From positions 96,001 to 160,000 of the forward strand of contig JAWXAQ010000015.1 of the NCBI GenBank assembly GCA_034439575.1: a stretch of 64,000 bases of DNA, read 5' to 3'. Under the pieces are notes generated by a model that saw nothing but the letters and a program-made list of their open reading frames with translations, did no database searches and had not been told where the DNA came from. How positions within the stretch are numbered: the stretch's first letter is position 1; each line of letters starts with the position of its first letter. Positions 48,707 through 59,480 of this stretch are shown here, piece by piece. The stretch comes from Leptospira sp. GTDB lineage: Bacteria; Spirochaetota; Leptospiria; Leptospirales; Leptospiraceae. The translations under genes and the position numbers were made by a program.

Positions 48707-49657
48707 TTAATCAAGGCGAAAGGTCATACCTTCTCTCGCGATCATCACTTGGGTTTTTTCAGGATGTTTCGCTTTTCCTTCATCTAATATGATTCGAATC
48801 ACCTCATGATCATCATGGTCTGGTTCGTGATGTGTTAATACGACAGATTTGATTTCCATCATTTCTGCAAATTCCACTGCCTTACTAACAGCCGTATGAC
48901 CCCAACCAATTTTTTTCTCTGCTTCGGCTGTGCTATATTGTGCATCAATCACTAACAAATCTGAACCAACAATATGAGGCTTTAAGTTTAATAAGTGTTC
49001 GCGGTCTTCTTCACGGTATTCTACATCAGTACAAAATAAAAATTTGCGATCACCTTCTCTCACACGATAACCTGTGCAACTTCCAGGGTGACGTAAGGAA
49101 ATCGGAATTACTTTTAAATCTCCTATCGGATAGGATTCAAACTCGTTCCAAAGGTGGAACGACTTTTTGGAAGCCATCTGATCTAGTGTGATGGGAAAAT
49201 TTTCGGGGTGTTGTTGGCGGACAAGACGCTCTTCTAAATTGGATATCGCGGAATAAAAATTAATGTTAGTTGAGGGCGAATAACCAGGCTTAAAGAATGG
49301 CCAACCTTGGATATGATCCCAATGTGTATGTGAAACAAGAATATTTAGATCTAAAGGTTTACCACTGAAGGCTTGCGGTGCGAGAATATTTCCCAGTTCT
49401 CGAATCCCAGTTCCCATATCGAAAATCAATTTTTCGCCGGAATTTCCTTCCAGATACACACAAGTGGTATTTCCACCAAGATCCTGTTCTAATGGTAAAG
49501 GTAGAGAGTGTAGGAAGTCTTCTTCAGAAAAAGAATTTGGATTCTTTTTCCACTCTTCCTTGGCCATCTTTAATATTTTCAGCAATTTCTCTTGGTACTC
49601 TCGTTTTGTGACAGGAGTAGGCAGGGAACCTCGAACGCCGAAAAGAGTTATTTTCAT
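48707..49657 (-). CDS. MBL-fold metallo-hydrolase
   Basis: GVRGSLP, GGNTTC, SHTHWDHIQG, DAQY, WGH, HHEP. Confidence 0.92.
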   Translation of the reverse strand: MKITLFGVRGSLPTPVTKREYQEKLLKILKMAKEEWKKNPNSFSEEDFLHSLPLPLEQDLGGNTTCVYLEGNSGEKLIFDMGTGIRELGNILAPQAFSGKPLDLNILVSHTHWDHIQGWPFFKPGYSPSTNINFYSAISNLEERLVRQQHPENFPITLDQMASKKSFHLWNEFESYPIGDLKVIPISLRHPGSCTGYRVREGDRKFLFCTDVEYREEDREHLLNLKPHIVGSDLLVIDAQYSTAEAEKKIGWGHTAVSKAVEFAEMMEIKSVVLTHHEPDHDDHEVIRIILDEGKAKHPEKTQVMIAREGMTFRLD

Positions 49658-49743
49658 TCCTTTCCTCTGGAAAATCTAAATTCTGCCCTTCGTTTGACGA
49701 AAGAGTCTGTAACTACAGTATCGGTAAAAAGGTCAATTTTCCC

Positions 49744-50409
49744 TTGATACTTAATCCCGACGTAAAACAAAAGCTGTGGTCCTTTGCGATCCGAACATCC
49801 TATCAATCAGACTACCTCCTTCAACCTAAAGAATGGGGGAAAAAAATCGACATAAAAAATTCCTTTCCTCAAGAGATTGAGGGCCTTTGGTTAGAGTTAG
49901 GTTCTGGTTTTGGGGAAGTTGCCATTGAATTAGCAAATCTCCATCCAAATATAGGATTTTTGTTAATGGAGAGAAAAATTGACCGAGTGAAAGCCACAGA
50001 AAAAAAAAGGAAAGAACTTGGCTTAGAAAATATCCGTTATATGACAACTAACTTCCAATGGTTTTTTTCTGAATTGATAGAGAAAGAAATTTTTGATCGT
50101 ATCATCATCAATTTTCCAGACCCCTGGCCAAAAAACAAACATCATAAAAATAGAGCCATGCAAGTTTCTTTTCTGCATGAAATTCATGCCTTACTGAAAC
50201 CGAATGGAAAACTTTTATTTGCGACTGACTATGCTCCCTATGCCAGAAGGACAATCAGTCTATTTAGAAAATGTAAGGATCTGTTTGGTTATGAAAAAGA
50301 ATATGAATTTGAAAGAAGTGGCTTCCCTATTTCCTTTTTCGAAAATCTAAAAAGGTCAGAAGGGAAGCGAATCTTCTATTTAGAAAGAACCAAAATCAAT
50401 CCAGGGTAA
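49744..50409 (+). CDS. trmB: tRNA (guanine-N7)-methyltransferase
   Basis: LELGSGFG, NFPDPWPKNKHHKNR, FATD. Confidence 0.92.
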   Translation: MILNPDVKQKLWSFAIRTSYQSDYLLQPKEWGKKIDIKNSFPQEIEGLWLELGSGFGEVAIELANLHPNIGFLLMERKIDRVKATEKKRKELGLENIRYMTTNFQWFFSELIEKEIFDRIIINFPDPWPKNKHHKNRAMQVSFLHEIHALLKPNGKLLFATDYAPYARRTISLFRKCKDLFGYEKEYEFERSGFPISFFENLKRSEGKRIFYLERTKINPG

Positions 50410-53400
50410 TCGTACTGATATGTTTGTTATCTCTTTCCGGATTCCATGGAATGGATTTTTTAACTGAACTTTTGGTAGTTAGGATTTCTTTAGGCTTTGC
50501 TTCCAATTGTGTTTCTGCAATGTTATATTTGAAATCCGATTGAGAATTGTGTACTTCGCTCCATTTCCCTTCTTCCTTCCAAACTAATAAACTTTCAGAT
50601 GATTTGACGTGAATTCCATTTCCGCTATGATAGGAATTCAAATAATTTCCATTCATATTCAATGAGACCACTTTTCCCGAAATATCTACATCCAAAAGTA
50701 TTCCACCGACTTTCACCAAACATGCATGAGATAAACAATCAATCACATTAGATTGTTCCTTAGAATCTTTTTTAAGTAACAAACTTGGTTTTGTGGTCGC
50801 ACTAAAGGAATCCTTTGGAAAAGACTGGAAAGAAAATTCCTTCTTTTTGTCCCGAACAAACATTAGGTTGCCATTTGATGTAATGCCAAAGGAAGCAATA
50901 TCTTTGTCCGGTGACTCATATAACTTGTTACCTTCGGCAGATAATACTAAAAATGATTTTTCATTTGATTTTGCATTTTCTGTCAAAATATAAATTTTAT
51001 CATCAAAGGATTCAGCATTTATTATTTTTTCAGAGTTTGCCAGTTTGATCGCTGTGCTAAACTTACCAGTGTCAGGATAAATTTTCTGAATTAAACCTGG
51101 TCTTACAGCCAACAACTGTTTTGTGGGGATGATTTTAGAATAAGGTTCTGGGGTGTATATTTTCCAAACCACTTCTTTGGTATTCCTATCAAGACCCACT
51201 AAACTTTCTCCGTAATTGATGATCATACGGTTTGGATATAGAATGGGATTTTGAATGGGAGATCCAGTCAATTGAACTTCTGTAATGATAACGGAACCAT
51301 CAGGTTGGTCGGAAGGTAACATACGCGCATACTTCGTATCTGCATGGTCTTTCCAAATTTCTTTTTTAAGTGCAATTCGTTTAGAATTGGTTTTTTCCGA
51401 AGGACTGAGTTTGTTCTTTTCTGATAGTATTATGAAATATGCATATAATGCTTCCGCACTTCTGTCTTCTTTCAATACATTTAGAATAGCACTCTCAGCG
51501 TCATCTAACCTTCCTTCTTTGAAATAGATATATGCTAATTGAATTTCGCCTTCCGAAAAATCGGGATCAGATTTTCTTAAAGTTTCTAAAATCGACTTTG
51601 ATTCGGAAATCAAATCTTCATTGAAGTAAGCGATGGCTAAGTTAAAAGAGGAAATAGAAAATTCTTTATCTTTATTTCGGGCTCTTTCGAATTCCTTTTT
51701 GGCATCCTCTTTTTTTTCCAATTTATAATATGCCACACCCTTAGCGACATTGCTCGGTGCAAAGGTTCCATTTAACAATATCGATTTATCAAATAAATTG
51801 ACAGAACCTTCATAGTCCTTTTTTTTCATCGAAATCAAACCAAGCATATAATAGCTGTAAAACGAATCAGGCTTCTCTTTTAGAAGGTTGTTGAATCCTT
51901 CTTCCGCTTTGGCAGTTTCCCCTTTTTTGTAAAAGTAAGCGAAAATACCTTCTTGGAAAGAAGATGCCTGATCTTTATTTTCTTTGGCAGCCTTTTCTAA
52001 TATGGATATGCCTCTTTCTTCTTCCCCTTTTGCCATATAACATTCGGCAATTTTTACTAAAAGGGATGGTTTATTGATCTTATCGTATGCTTTTTGATAG
52101 GCGCTAATAGCATCATCATATCTTTTTTTATCATAAGCTTTATTTCCTTCCCTAACATAGGGAATGATTTCAGCAAATCGCAGATTTTCTTTGATGGTAC
52201 GTTCTGTATCAAAAACTTCTGGAATCTCTTTAGAATACTTTTTTGATTTTAGAACGAAATCGAGAGCTTTGGTATAATTTTCTTTTTCATTCTCATCGAC
52301 TGCCCGTTTATAAAAAAGATTTGCTAATCGATAATTGACTGCTTCATGATTGGGGAATTTTTTTGCGAGGCCATTATATATAGATTCGGCTTCATCATAT
52401 TTCTTTGAATCTTCCGCGATCCGACCCATGGTTATTGCCGCATAAGGATCATTTTGCGAAAGATTTTGTAATTTTTTCACATATTCTGATGCTTTTTTTG
52501 CATTTCCAGTCTTCGCATAAAGACGAGCTAGACCCTGCATCGCGACTAAATTGTTTTCATCTAAGCGTAAAGATTCAAGATAACTAGATTCTGATTTTTT
52601 CGAATCATCAAACACGAAATATGCTTTACCGAATGCGTTATGCGGTGATGGATCAGAAGGTGATCTGCCCAAGGCTTTTCCATATTGTTCCAATGCTTGT
52701 TTGCGTTTGCCTTGGCGTAAAAACTTATCACCTTCGCTGATATACATCTGAGATTCAGCTAAAGCAATGGCTTTTTTGATTTGATCTTTGTCGGCATGAA
52801 TGTGCGATTCCGCTTTTTTCAAAGCATCGATCGCCTCTTCGTTTCTGCCGAGATCAATCAGTAAATACGCTAAGTTTATCCGAGGTTCAAAAAGATTTTT
52901 ATCCCATGAAGAGGCATCTTGGAAACTTAAAACAGCTTTTTGTGTATGGCCCCATTTCCATTCACAAATACCGAGTTTATTTTTTAAGTCAGCATTTCTC
53001 GGTGATTTTGCGAGTCCTGTTTCTGAAACTTTCAAACATTCAGAAAAATTCTTCTTTTTGATATAAACATTACAAAGTCCAATGTAGGCATTTGTAAAAT
53101 TATCTTGCAAACTTATAGACTTACGGAAGTTTGTTTCTGCTTCAGGATACAGTCCTTTTAAAAAATATGCATTCCCTAAAAAAGACCAAAGCGAAGCATT
53201 GGATGGTTGCAATTCTGTAGCTTTTTTATATTCAACGATCGCAAGGTCATAGTTTTTTTTGGCAATCGCATCATTTCCTTTTTGGATAAAACTCGCTACT
53301 CGAGTGGATTCTTTCGCATTTTGAGCAGATTTAAGTTCTGGTTGGAGTTTTTCTGCCTTGGCAAAGTAGGCTTCTGCTTCATCATATTTTTTAAGTTCGA

Positions 53401-53983
53401 GACAAACGTCACCTAACTGATTTAACAATTCGACTGGATAGGGAAAATCTTTTTCCTCTTCCAAAGGTTTTAATGTCACATAACTTTCATCAAACTTTCT
53501 TTGGAGTTTGAGAAGAGTTCCGATTTTGTATTTATAAACGGGTTCTTCTGGATTTAATTTTGCTAATTTTTGATAGGTGATGACTGATTCCTCATATTCG
53601 CCGAGGGTGCCTTGAACAGTTCCTAAACCAATGAGAATCTTTTGATTGTCTGGATCAAGCCTATCACCTAAAATATAAGCTTCCTTAGAGGATTTATATT
53701 CGCCTAAACGGTATTCAGCGGCACCTAATAATGCATAACCTTCCGCTGTTTCAACTTTTGTATTTGCTTCTTTTGAAAGAGTCACTGCTTCGCCAAAGTC
53801 CGATTTATTGAACGCGGTATTTCCTTTGGCAATGATTGCACGGGCCTCATCCAAATTTTGTCTTCTGGATGGATCCACTTCGGACAATACTTCATCTTTG
53901 ACGGTAACTGATTTAAAATCTCGTGATTGGCAATTTGTAAATAATAATAAGCCCGAGGTGAGAACGATTAGTATGTTTTTCAT
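50396..53983 (-). CDS. large TPR-repeat lipoprotein with beta-rich C-terminus
   Basis: Lipobox FTNC, many TPR motifs. Confidence 0.88.
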   Translation of the reverse strand: MKNILIVLTSGLLLFTNCQSRDFKSVTVKDEVLSEVDPSRRQNLDEARAIIAKGNTAFNKSDFGEAVTLSKEANTKVETAEGYALLGAAEYRLGEYKSSKEAYILGDRLDPDNQKILIGLGTVQGTLGEYEESVITYQKLAKLNPEEPVYKYKIGTLLKLQRKFDESYVTLKPLEEEKDFPYPVELLNQLGDVCLELKKYDEAEAYFAKAEKLQPELKSAQNAKESTRVASFIQKGNDAIAKKNYDLAIVEYKKATELQPSNASLWSFLGNAYFLKGLYPEAETNFRKSISLQDNFTNAYIGLCNVYIKKKNFSECLKVSETGLAKSPRNADLKNKLGICEWKWGHTQKAVLSFQDASSWDKNLFEPRINLAYLLIDLGRNEEAIDALKKAESHIHADKDQIKKAIALAESQMYISEGDKFLRQGKRKQALEQYGKALGRSPSDPSPHNAFGKAYFVFDDSKKSESSYLESLRLDENNLVAMQGLARLYAKTGNAKKASEYVKKLQNLSQNDPYAAITMGRIAEDSKKYDEAESIYNGLAKKFPNHEAVNYRLANLFYKRAVDENEKENYTKALDFVLKSKKYSKEIPEVFDTERTIKENLRFAEIIPYVREGNKAYDKKRYDDAISAYQKAYDKINKPSLLVKIAECYMAKGEEERGISILEKAAKENKDQASSFQEGIFAYFYKKGETAKAEEGFNNLLKEKPDSFYSYYMLGLISMKKKDYEGSVNLFDKSILLNGTFAPSNVAKGVAYYKLEKKEDAKKEFERARNKDKEFSISSFNLAIAYFNEDLISESKSILETLRKSDPDFSEGEIQLAYIYFKEGRLDDAESAILNVLKEDRSAEALYAYFIILSEKNKLSPSEKTNSKRIALKKEIWKDHADTKYARMLPSDQPDGSVIITEVQLTGSPIQNPILYPNRMIINYGESLVGLDRNTKEVVWKIYTPEPYSKIIPTKQLLAVRPGLIQKIYPDTGKFSTAIKLANSEKIINAESFDDKIYILTENAKSNEKSFLVLSAEGNKLYESPDKDIASFGITSNGNLMFVRDKKKEFSFQSFPKDSFSATTKPSLLLKKDSKEQSNVIDCLSHACLVKVGGILLDVDISGKVVSLNMNGNYLNSYHSGNGIHVKSSESLLVWKEEGKWSEVHNSQSDFKYNIAETQLEAKPKEILTTKSSVKKSIPWNPERDNKHISTITLD

Positions 53984-55596
53984 TTTTTCAATTTTTCCTC
54001 AAACTTGATCATATCTGGGTAATGGATCTTGATTCCACGCAATGGGTTCCCACTTAAAAAAGAATTGTTTGGTGTAAGAATTGCAATTTGCCATTGTAAC
54101 TGGAAATTCCAAGGTTTTTCAAATATTAAAGTTGATCCAAGATAAATCTTTAACAATTGTTTTTCGGGATCTGTTGACCAAGAAATGACTCTACCTTTTT
54201 CTGCATCCTCGGATTTCCAACGATAAGAAGCAAGAACCGAAGCTTCCGCCTCACTTGCAGAATAACTGACAAGATGAAAATCAGTTTTATCTATGATGAT
54301 AAGATTTGATTTTCCTCCTGCCTCGGAAATCAATACTCCCAATCGACCATTTAACTCTTGTGATAATCCAATTTTAACTTCTGATTCTATCTTATCTGGA
54401 ATAATATTTTGAGAATAAACACCATACCAACCCTTGGGCAAATCTTGATTTTTTTGAAAGTTAAGGTTTCCTGAAAAATTAGTTACGAAATTTGGTGATC
54501 CACCCGAAGTATTCCAAAAATCTTCTGCTTCCCAAGAGACACCCTCTTCAAGTGCATAAGGGAGCGACAAACTTGTGATCGTTTTTGGATGTATGGCAAT
54601 AGAACTATTTGCGTATTCGAAGGAATTGTTATTCTTTGATCTTACAAATTGGATCGGATAACTACCGTAAGGAATGCCAGCTTCCGCGTATTGAGTCGCA
54701 CCTTTTTTTTGGCCCCCCACAATGACATCAAGCCCAGAGGGAAAACTTGTCAGTAAAACAGTACCTTGTGATATATCATCATTCCATTCATGAAAAATTC
54801 GATTTTTTTTACCACTTCGAACAATAAGAGTTCTCGCCACAGGATCTTTGCCTGGTTTTGAAAATGCGAGTGTATGTTTTCCATTTAATACGGAATAGTC
54901 GACGAGAGGAGCACGTCCAATTTCTTTTCCATCCAAAGTAATCAATGTGCCAGGAGACGTGGAATAAACAGAAACTTGACCACGTAAACTTGATTCCATA
55001 ATGGTTTGAATTTCCACCTCATTAGGTGAAAAAAGTTCTGACCAATACGCATACACGGATGTATTTAAAGGGATGAGACTTTTTTTGTTTTGGAATACTT
55101 CGATTCGTTTTTTATTTTGTGTAAAAGATTCTTCTGTTTCGTATCGAAACGCATAGCTAGCATTCCCATACGCCAAAGGTAAAATACTATCTTCATAAGA
55201 TATAGATACTTTGAGTGTTAGGTCTTCTTTTACGAGAGAAACAGACAAAATAACATCTATATCCTTGTCTTTTAAGTCTTGTGCGGAAATTTTTTGAGCA
55301 ATTGTTGTTCGAACAAAATTTCCATATTTTTTATGTGCTGTGATGATTTTGTCTTCTAAAAACCTTAAGTCAGACTCAACAGTTTCAATGGACATTTCTT
55401 TCCATTGGATCACATAACTTGGAATCGTCTTTGTGGTGATTCTTTCTTTAAAATCTAGAGGTGAGGGTGATGGATCCACAGAACCATGTTCCAAAACCCG
55501 ATATACGGGCCTTGGAACTGTTTCTTTGAGAGTTTCAATTTGCGAAACGGAAGCACATGATAGAAAAAAACCTAAAAGAACAAAAACAATTCTCAT
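53980..55596 (-). CDS. PEGA-domain lipoprotein
   Basis: Lipobox FLSC; VYSTSPGTLITLDGKEIGRAP and LTSFPSGLDVIVGG PEGA repeats. Confidence 0.8.
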   Translation of the reverse strand: MRIVFVLLGFFLSCASVSQIETLKETVPRPVYRVLEHGSVDPSPSPLDFKERITTKTIPSYVIQWKEMSIETVESDLRFLEDKIITAHKKYGNFVRTTIAQKISAQDLKDKDIDVILSVSLVKEDLTLKVSISYEDSILPLAYGNASYAFRYETEESFTQNKKRIEVFQNKKSLIPLNTSVYAYWSELFSPNEVEIQTIMESSLRGQVSVYSTSPGTLITLDGKEIGRAPLVDYSVLNGKHTLAFSKPGKDPVARTLIVRSGKKNRIFHEWNDDISQGTVLLTSFPSGLDVIVGGQKKGATQYAEAGIPYGSYPIQFVRSKNNNSFEYANSSIAIHPKTITSLSLPYALEEGVSWEAEDFWNTSGGSPNFVTNFSGNLNFQKNQDLPKGWYGVYSQNIIPDKIESEVKIGLSQELNGRLGVLISEAGGKSNLIIIDKTDFHLVSYSASEAEASVLASYRWKSEDAEKGRVISWSTDPEKQLLKIYLGSTLIFEKPWNFQLQWQIAILTPNNSFLSGNPLRGIKIHYPDMIKFEEKLKK

Positions 55597-56561
55597 TTTT
55601 TGTCAAAACTTTCCTTAGCTGGCAATTTCAATGAATCTTTTTGTACGTCTTTTTGGATGTATTTTGATTCTTCAACTGATTTAGCTGTTGTTATGATTTC
55701 ATCTGCTTTGTTTTTAGTGAGTTCTTTTTTACGGATGGATGACTCTACTTCTTCAACAGAAGAACCTAAATCCATTTTCTTTAACTCTTCACTATTGTTC
55801 CGAAGTTCATTTGATAATGATTCGAATTGGAGCATTTTCGTATTTTCGAAAACCAACATTTCTTTTAGATCAGTAAGTGATTGTGAAGCTAGTGGTTTTA
55901 TCAACTTGTCACTTAACTTTGAATCATTGCCAATCGTAGCTTCCTTTTGTTTATCCAAAATTATTTCATTTTCGGAGTTTGATTTTTTGATTGCGATCGC
56001 ACCGTCTAACACAGCATATCTAACAACACAATTATTTTCACCACAAGGAACGCCCGCTTTATTTGAGGAAGGTGATTCGACCGAAGTGAGAAACGATGTA
56101 CCACGAACACCCGCGATAGATGTCGGAGTTACTACATTAAACGTATCCGTCTTTCTCTCTTTTTTGAGGATTGTAACCAGTTTTCCATATTGCATTTTGA
56201 CTTCGGTATTTCTTTCTTCCCCGTGACTCGCAAGTGCAGAAGATAACTGAAGAGATGTGTTTTTTGAAAGTTTCAAAACACCATCATCACCAAGTAAAAT
56301 TTCAACGGCACCATTAGCACCTGTTACTATCGTATCTGAAGCAAGTATAGGGTCACCGAGTACTGGTTTATTTTGTGAACCTTCACGTAAAATTACCACT
56401 TCGCCTTTCACAAAGGCAATCACAGCCGCCGATGTTACTTCTGGGTTTGCCTGTGCGGAGTGAGCAGATTCTTTGGATTCTTTTTGGCAAGAGACGAAGA
56501 CAAAAAGAACTAATAGAAACGCACTAAGCCTAACTATAGAATGATAAGAATAGATTTTCAT
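55593..56561 (-). CDS. FecR-domain lipoprotein (LipL45-like)
   Basis: Lipobox FVSC, DTIVTGANG, VVTPTSIAGVRGTSF. Confidence 0.85.
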   Translation of the reverse strand: MKIYSYHSIVRLSAFLLVLFVFVSCQKESKESAHSAQANPEVTSAAVIAFVKGEVVILREGSQNKPVLGDPILASDTIVTGANGAVEILLGDDGVLKLSKNTSLQLSSALASHGEERNTEVKMQYGKLVTILKKERKTDTFNVVTPTSIAGVRGTSFLTSVESPSSNKAGVPCGENNCVVRYAVLDGAIAIKKSNSENEIILDKQKEATIGNDSKLSDKLIKPLASQSLTDLKEMLVFENTKMLQFESLSNELRNNSEELKKMDLGSSVEEVESSIRKKELTKNKADEIITTAKSVEESKYIQKDVQKDSLKLPAKESFDKK

Positions 56562-56628
56562 AAAAACCTCCGCATGAAAAACAACTTTCTAAACTGTATA
56601 ACAACTGAGAGGGAAGCAACTCTTTTCC

Positions 56629-57614
56629 CTAATATCTTTTTGTCACACTTTGGGACCAATGGTCGCGCCTAGTGACTCTGTGGGGTTTTTCGAGACTTTC
56701 GAGCATGGATTCTAGGCTTTTTCGCCTGGATTCCGAGAGATCCTTCTCAAAAACACGCAGTAAGTTGCAATCTTCGCCAAAATCACAACAATATTCATAT
56801 TTGCAATCCACTTTGGCAGAACGCAGTTCTGGAAAACTTTCCATAAGTTCTGTTTTTGTAAGGTGGAGGATCCCCCATTCTTTCACTCCAGGTGAATCAA
56901 TGACGACAGTTCCATCGTCCAAAAAGACGGCTAGTGAGTTTGTGGTGGTGTGTTTTCCCTTTCTTGTGCCACTACTAATATCATTCACTCGTTGGTCATT
57001 TTTTTTGTTAGTTGATTTAGAAGTGTTGATTTTCCCACACCTGAGTTTCCACATAAAAAAGAACGTTTTCCTCTTAATTTAAGGAATAAATGCTCCATTG
57101 AGTCTTGGTTTTCTGTAGATATGCTCATAACTTCGTAACCTAGACTTTGGTAAAAAGTTTCTTTTTGTAACCTTATTTCATCAGGAACCAAATCGGCCTT
57201 TGTAAAAACAATTAATGGTGTAATTTCTGTTGGAAATGCTGCAACTAACAAGCGATCAATAAAACCATCTTTGGTTTCAGGGTCTTTTAAGGAAGCGAGG
57301 ATAACAAGGAGATCAAGATTCGCACAAAGTACGTGGCTATCTCCATGATCACTTTTTCTTGCGAGAAAATTTTTACGTTCCTCTTTCTCAAGTATCACCC
57401 AATCCCCGCTTCCTGATTCGGCAAAAACTTCATCTCCCACCACAAAGGGATGGCGTTCATCACTTTGTTTAAGTCGCAATTTCCCTTTTAAAACCGCTCG
57501 AACATAGAGAGTGCTTGGGGAGTATAACTCATAGTAGGCTCCAAAGATCCGTGCAATTGTAAATTGTTCTTTACCCAAGGCTAAATTTCCTGTAAAATAA
57601 ACTCTCTCTTCCAT
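56629..57614 (-). pseudogene. rsgA: ribosome small-subunit GTPase RsgA, split by a frameshift in an A8 run (56999-57006)
   Basis: N-part has TKAD (G4) and GNSGVGKST (G1); C-part in another frame has KGKHTTT, IDSPG and the Cys zinc finger. Confidence 0.88.
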
Positions 57615-57629
57615 TTAAAAACATTAATC

Positions 57630-59480
57630 ATGATGACACAAGTTTTCTTTCGTATTTTACGAACTTATTCTCCAGGCTTACTACTAAGCGGAATCGTCAT
57701 TTTGTTTGACTATCAAGGAGCATTATCCTCAAATCTACTCATCGCACTTATAACGTTTTCCTTTTTCTTATTTATTTGGGCCTATCTGCTATCAACGTGG
57801 GTAAAAAAAAGTATCACTTCAATTAATGAAAAAAATTTGAATGATGAAAAACCCAAAAAAAGGGATGAGCTGGTTCAAAATCTTTTTGCCTTAGAAAAAT
57901 TCAAAGAGGAACTCATTTCTTTTAATGATCCAGATCAAATCAGTCTTACCATTGTCAATTTTTTAGAATCAAAAATTCCCGCTGATTTCGTGAGAGTCTA
58001 CACATGGGATGAATCTCAGGCCCATTTTCGATGCCGTCCTTATCCGAAAGATACGAGAAGCGATGAAGAACTGAGTCTTCCGGTCTTTGATCCTTTTCTG
58101 ATTTGGTTGTCAGATAGGGAAGGCATTCATTTAAGAGAAAACTTTGATAATGAAAAATCACCTAGCCATCAAAAAATCAAAACTGCTGCTTTGAGTTTTT
58201 TTGATCGCACAAACTCTGTGTTAGTTGCCACACTAGTGATGAAATCCAGCCTAGTTGGTTTTATACTTTTTGGAAAACAAAAAAATAATGAAAATTATGG
58301 GATTATTGAAATAGAAATCATTTTAGAAATTCTTTCTGTTTCCTTGATGTCAATATCAAATTCCATGATTTATCAGCAGTTAGTCAATTTAACGGAAACT
58401 TTGGAAGCAAAAGTTCGTGAACGCACAAGAGAACTTGAAGAAGCCCAGTCCCATTTGGTTCAATCAGAAAAAATGGCTTCTCTTGGTGTGATGGTTGCAG
58501 GCATTGCTCATGAAATAAATACACCAGCCGCAGTGATCAATGGTTCCTCAGATAACTTAGAAGCCAATATGATGTACAATTTTACGCATATGTCTGATTT
58601 ACATTTATTGGTCAAAAATGAAAATTTAAGAGAAATTTATTTAGAATTATTGTTTGGATTACTTCGAGACGAATTGAAAACTAAGGTTGATCCAAAAGAC
58701 AAATTCAAACTCAAAAAAGAAATTAAACAAAAGTTAATTGGTGAAGGAATTTCAGACGTTGATGCCATTGAACTATCGGGTTTTTTAGTCGAACAATCCA
58801 TCCCTCAAAAAGAAAAGGAGCTAGTTCGAATATGGAAAGAAGGTGGAAAAGAAGTTTATGAATTGTTACGTAATAGTGTAGGATTGCAAAGAAATGTTAA
58901 AAATATAAAATACGCGATTAAAAATATAGTCCGCATTGTCAAAGCCTTAAAATATTATTCTCACCTTGGTCAATCGTCTTACACTGAGGCAGATTTACAT
59001 GAAGGCATTGAAAACACTTTAATCATTATGCAAAGTCAGATAAAAAATGGTGTAGAAATAGAAAGAGCTTATTCCAATATACCGCCCGTTAAATGCAATA
59101 TTGACGAACTCAATCAAGTTTGGACAAACCTTATCACTAACGCACTTCATGCGATGAAAAAAACACCAAATCCAAAATTGCAAATATTTTCAAGATGTAT
59201 CGGATCAGATTATGTTATGATAGGATTTGAAGACAATGGTTCGGGTGTGCCAACAGTAATAAAAGATAAAATATGGGATCCATTTTTTACAACCAAGGAC
59301 CAAGGCGAAGGAACAGGGCTTGGACTCGGAATCGTTAAGGGAATTATAGAAAAACACAAAGGTCGCATCGAAATGGAATCCGAACCAAATAAAACCAGAT
59401 TTATGGTATATCTTCCTCTAGATGGACCAGGTGATGTTCCTAACCTTCCAAAAGAAGTAATCCGTGAGATTCGAGGTTGA
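57630..59480 (+). CDS. sensor histidine kinase with GAF-like domain
   Basis: QSEKMASLG, AHEINTP, NQVWTNLITNA, DNGSG, GTGLGL. Confidence 0.93.
   Translation: MMTQVFFRILRTYSPGLLLSGIVILFDYQGALSSNLLIALITFSFFLFIWAYLLSTWVKKSITSINEKNLNDEKPKKRDELVQNLFALEKFKEELISFNDPDQISLTIVNFLESKIPADFVRVYTWDESQAHFRCRPYPKDTRSDEELSLPVFDPFLIWLSDREGIHLRENFDNEKSPSHQKIKTAALSFFDRTNSVLVATLVMKSSLVGFILFGKQKNNENYGIIEIEIILEILSVSLMSISNSMIYQQLVNLTETLEAKVRERTRELEEAQSHLVQSEKMASLGVMVAGIAHEINTPAAVINGSSDNLEANMMYNFTHMSDLHLLVKNENLREIYLELLFGLLRDELKTKVDPKDKFKLKKEIKQKLIGEGISDVDAIELSGFLVEQSIPQKEKELVRIWKEGGKEVYELLRNSVGLQRNVKNIKYAIKNIVRIVKALKYYSHLGQSSYTEADLHEGIENTLIIMQSQIKNGVEIERAYSNIPPVKCNIDELNQVWTNLITNALHAMKKTPNPKLQIFSRCIGSDYVMIGFEDNGSGVPTVIKDKIWDPFFTTKDQGEGTGLGLGIVKGIIEKHKGRIEMESEPNKTRFMVYLPLDGPGDVPNLPKEVIREIRG

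Noticed and set aside
55600-56226. 208-aa antisense ORF and similar shadow ORFs inside 8904-12146 and 50396-53983
   Set aside because: Ser/Phe-rich mirrors of well-supported genes on the other strand
56629-57054. Independent 141-aa gene
   Set aside because: It is the out-of-frame C-terminal half of rsgA
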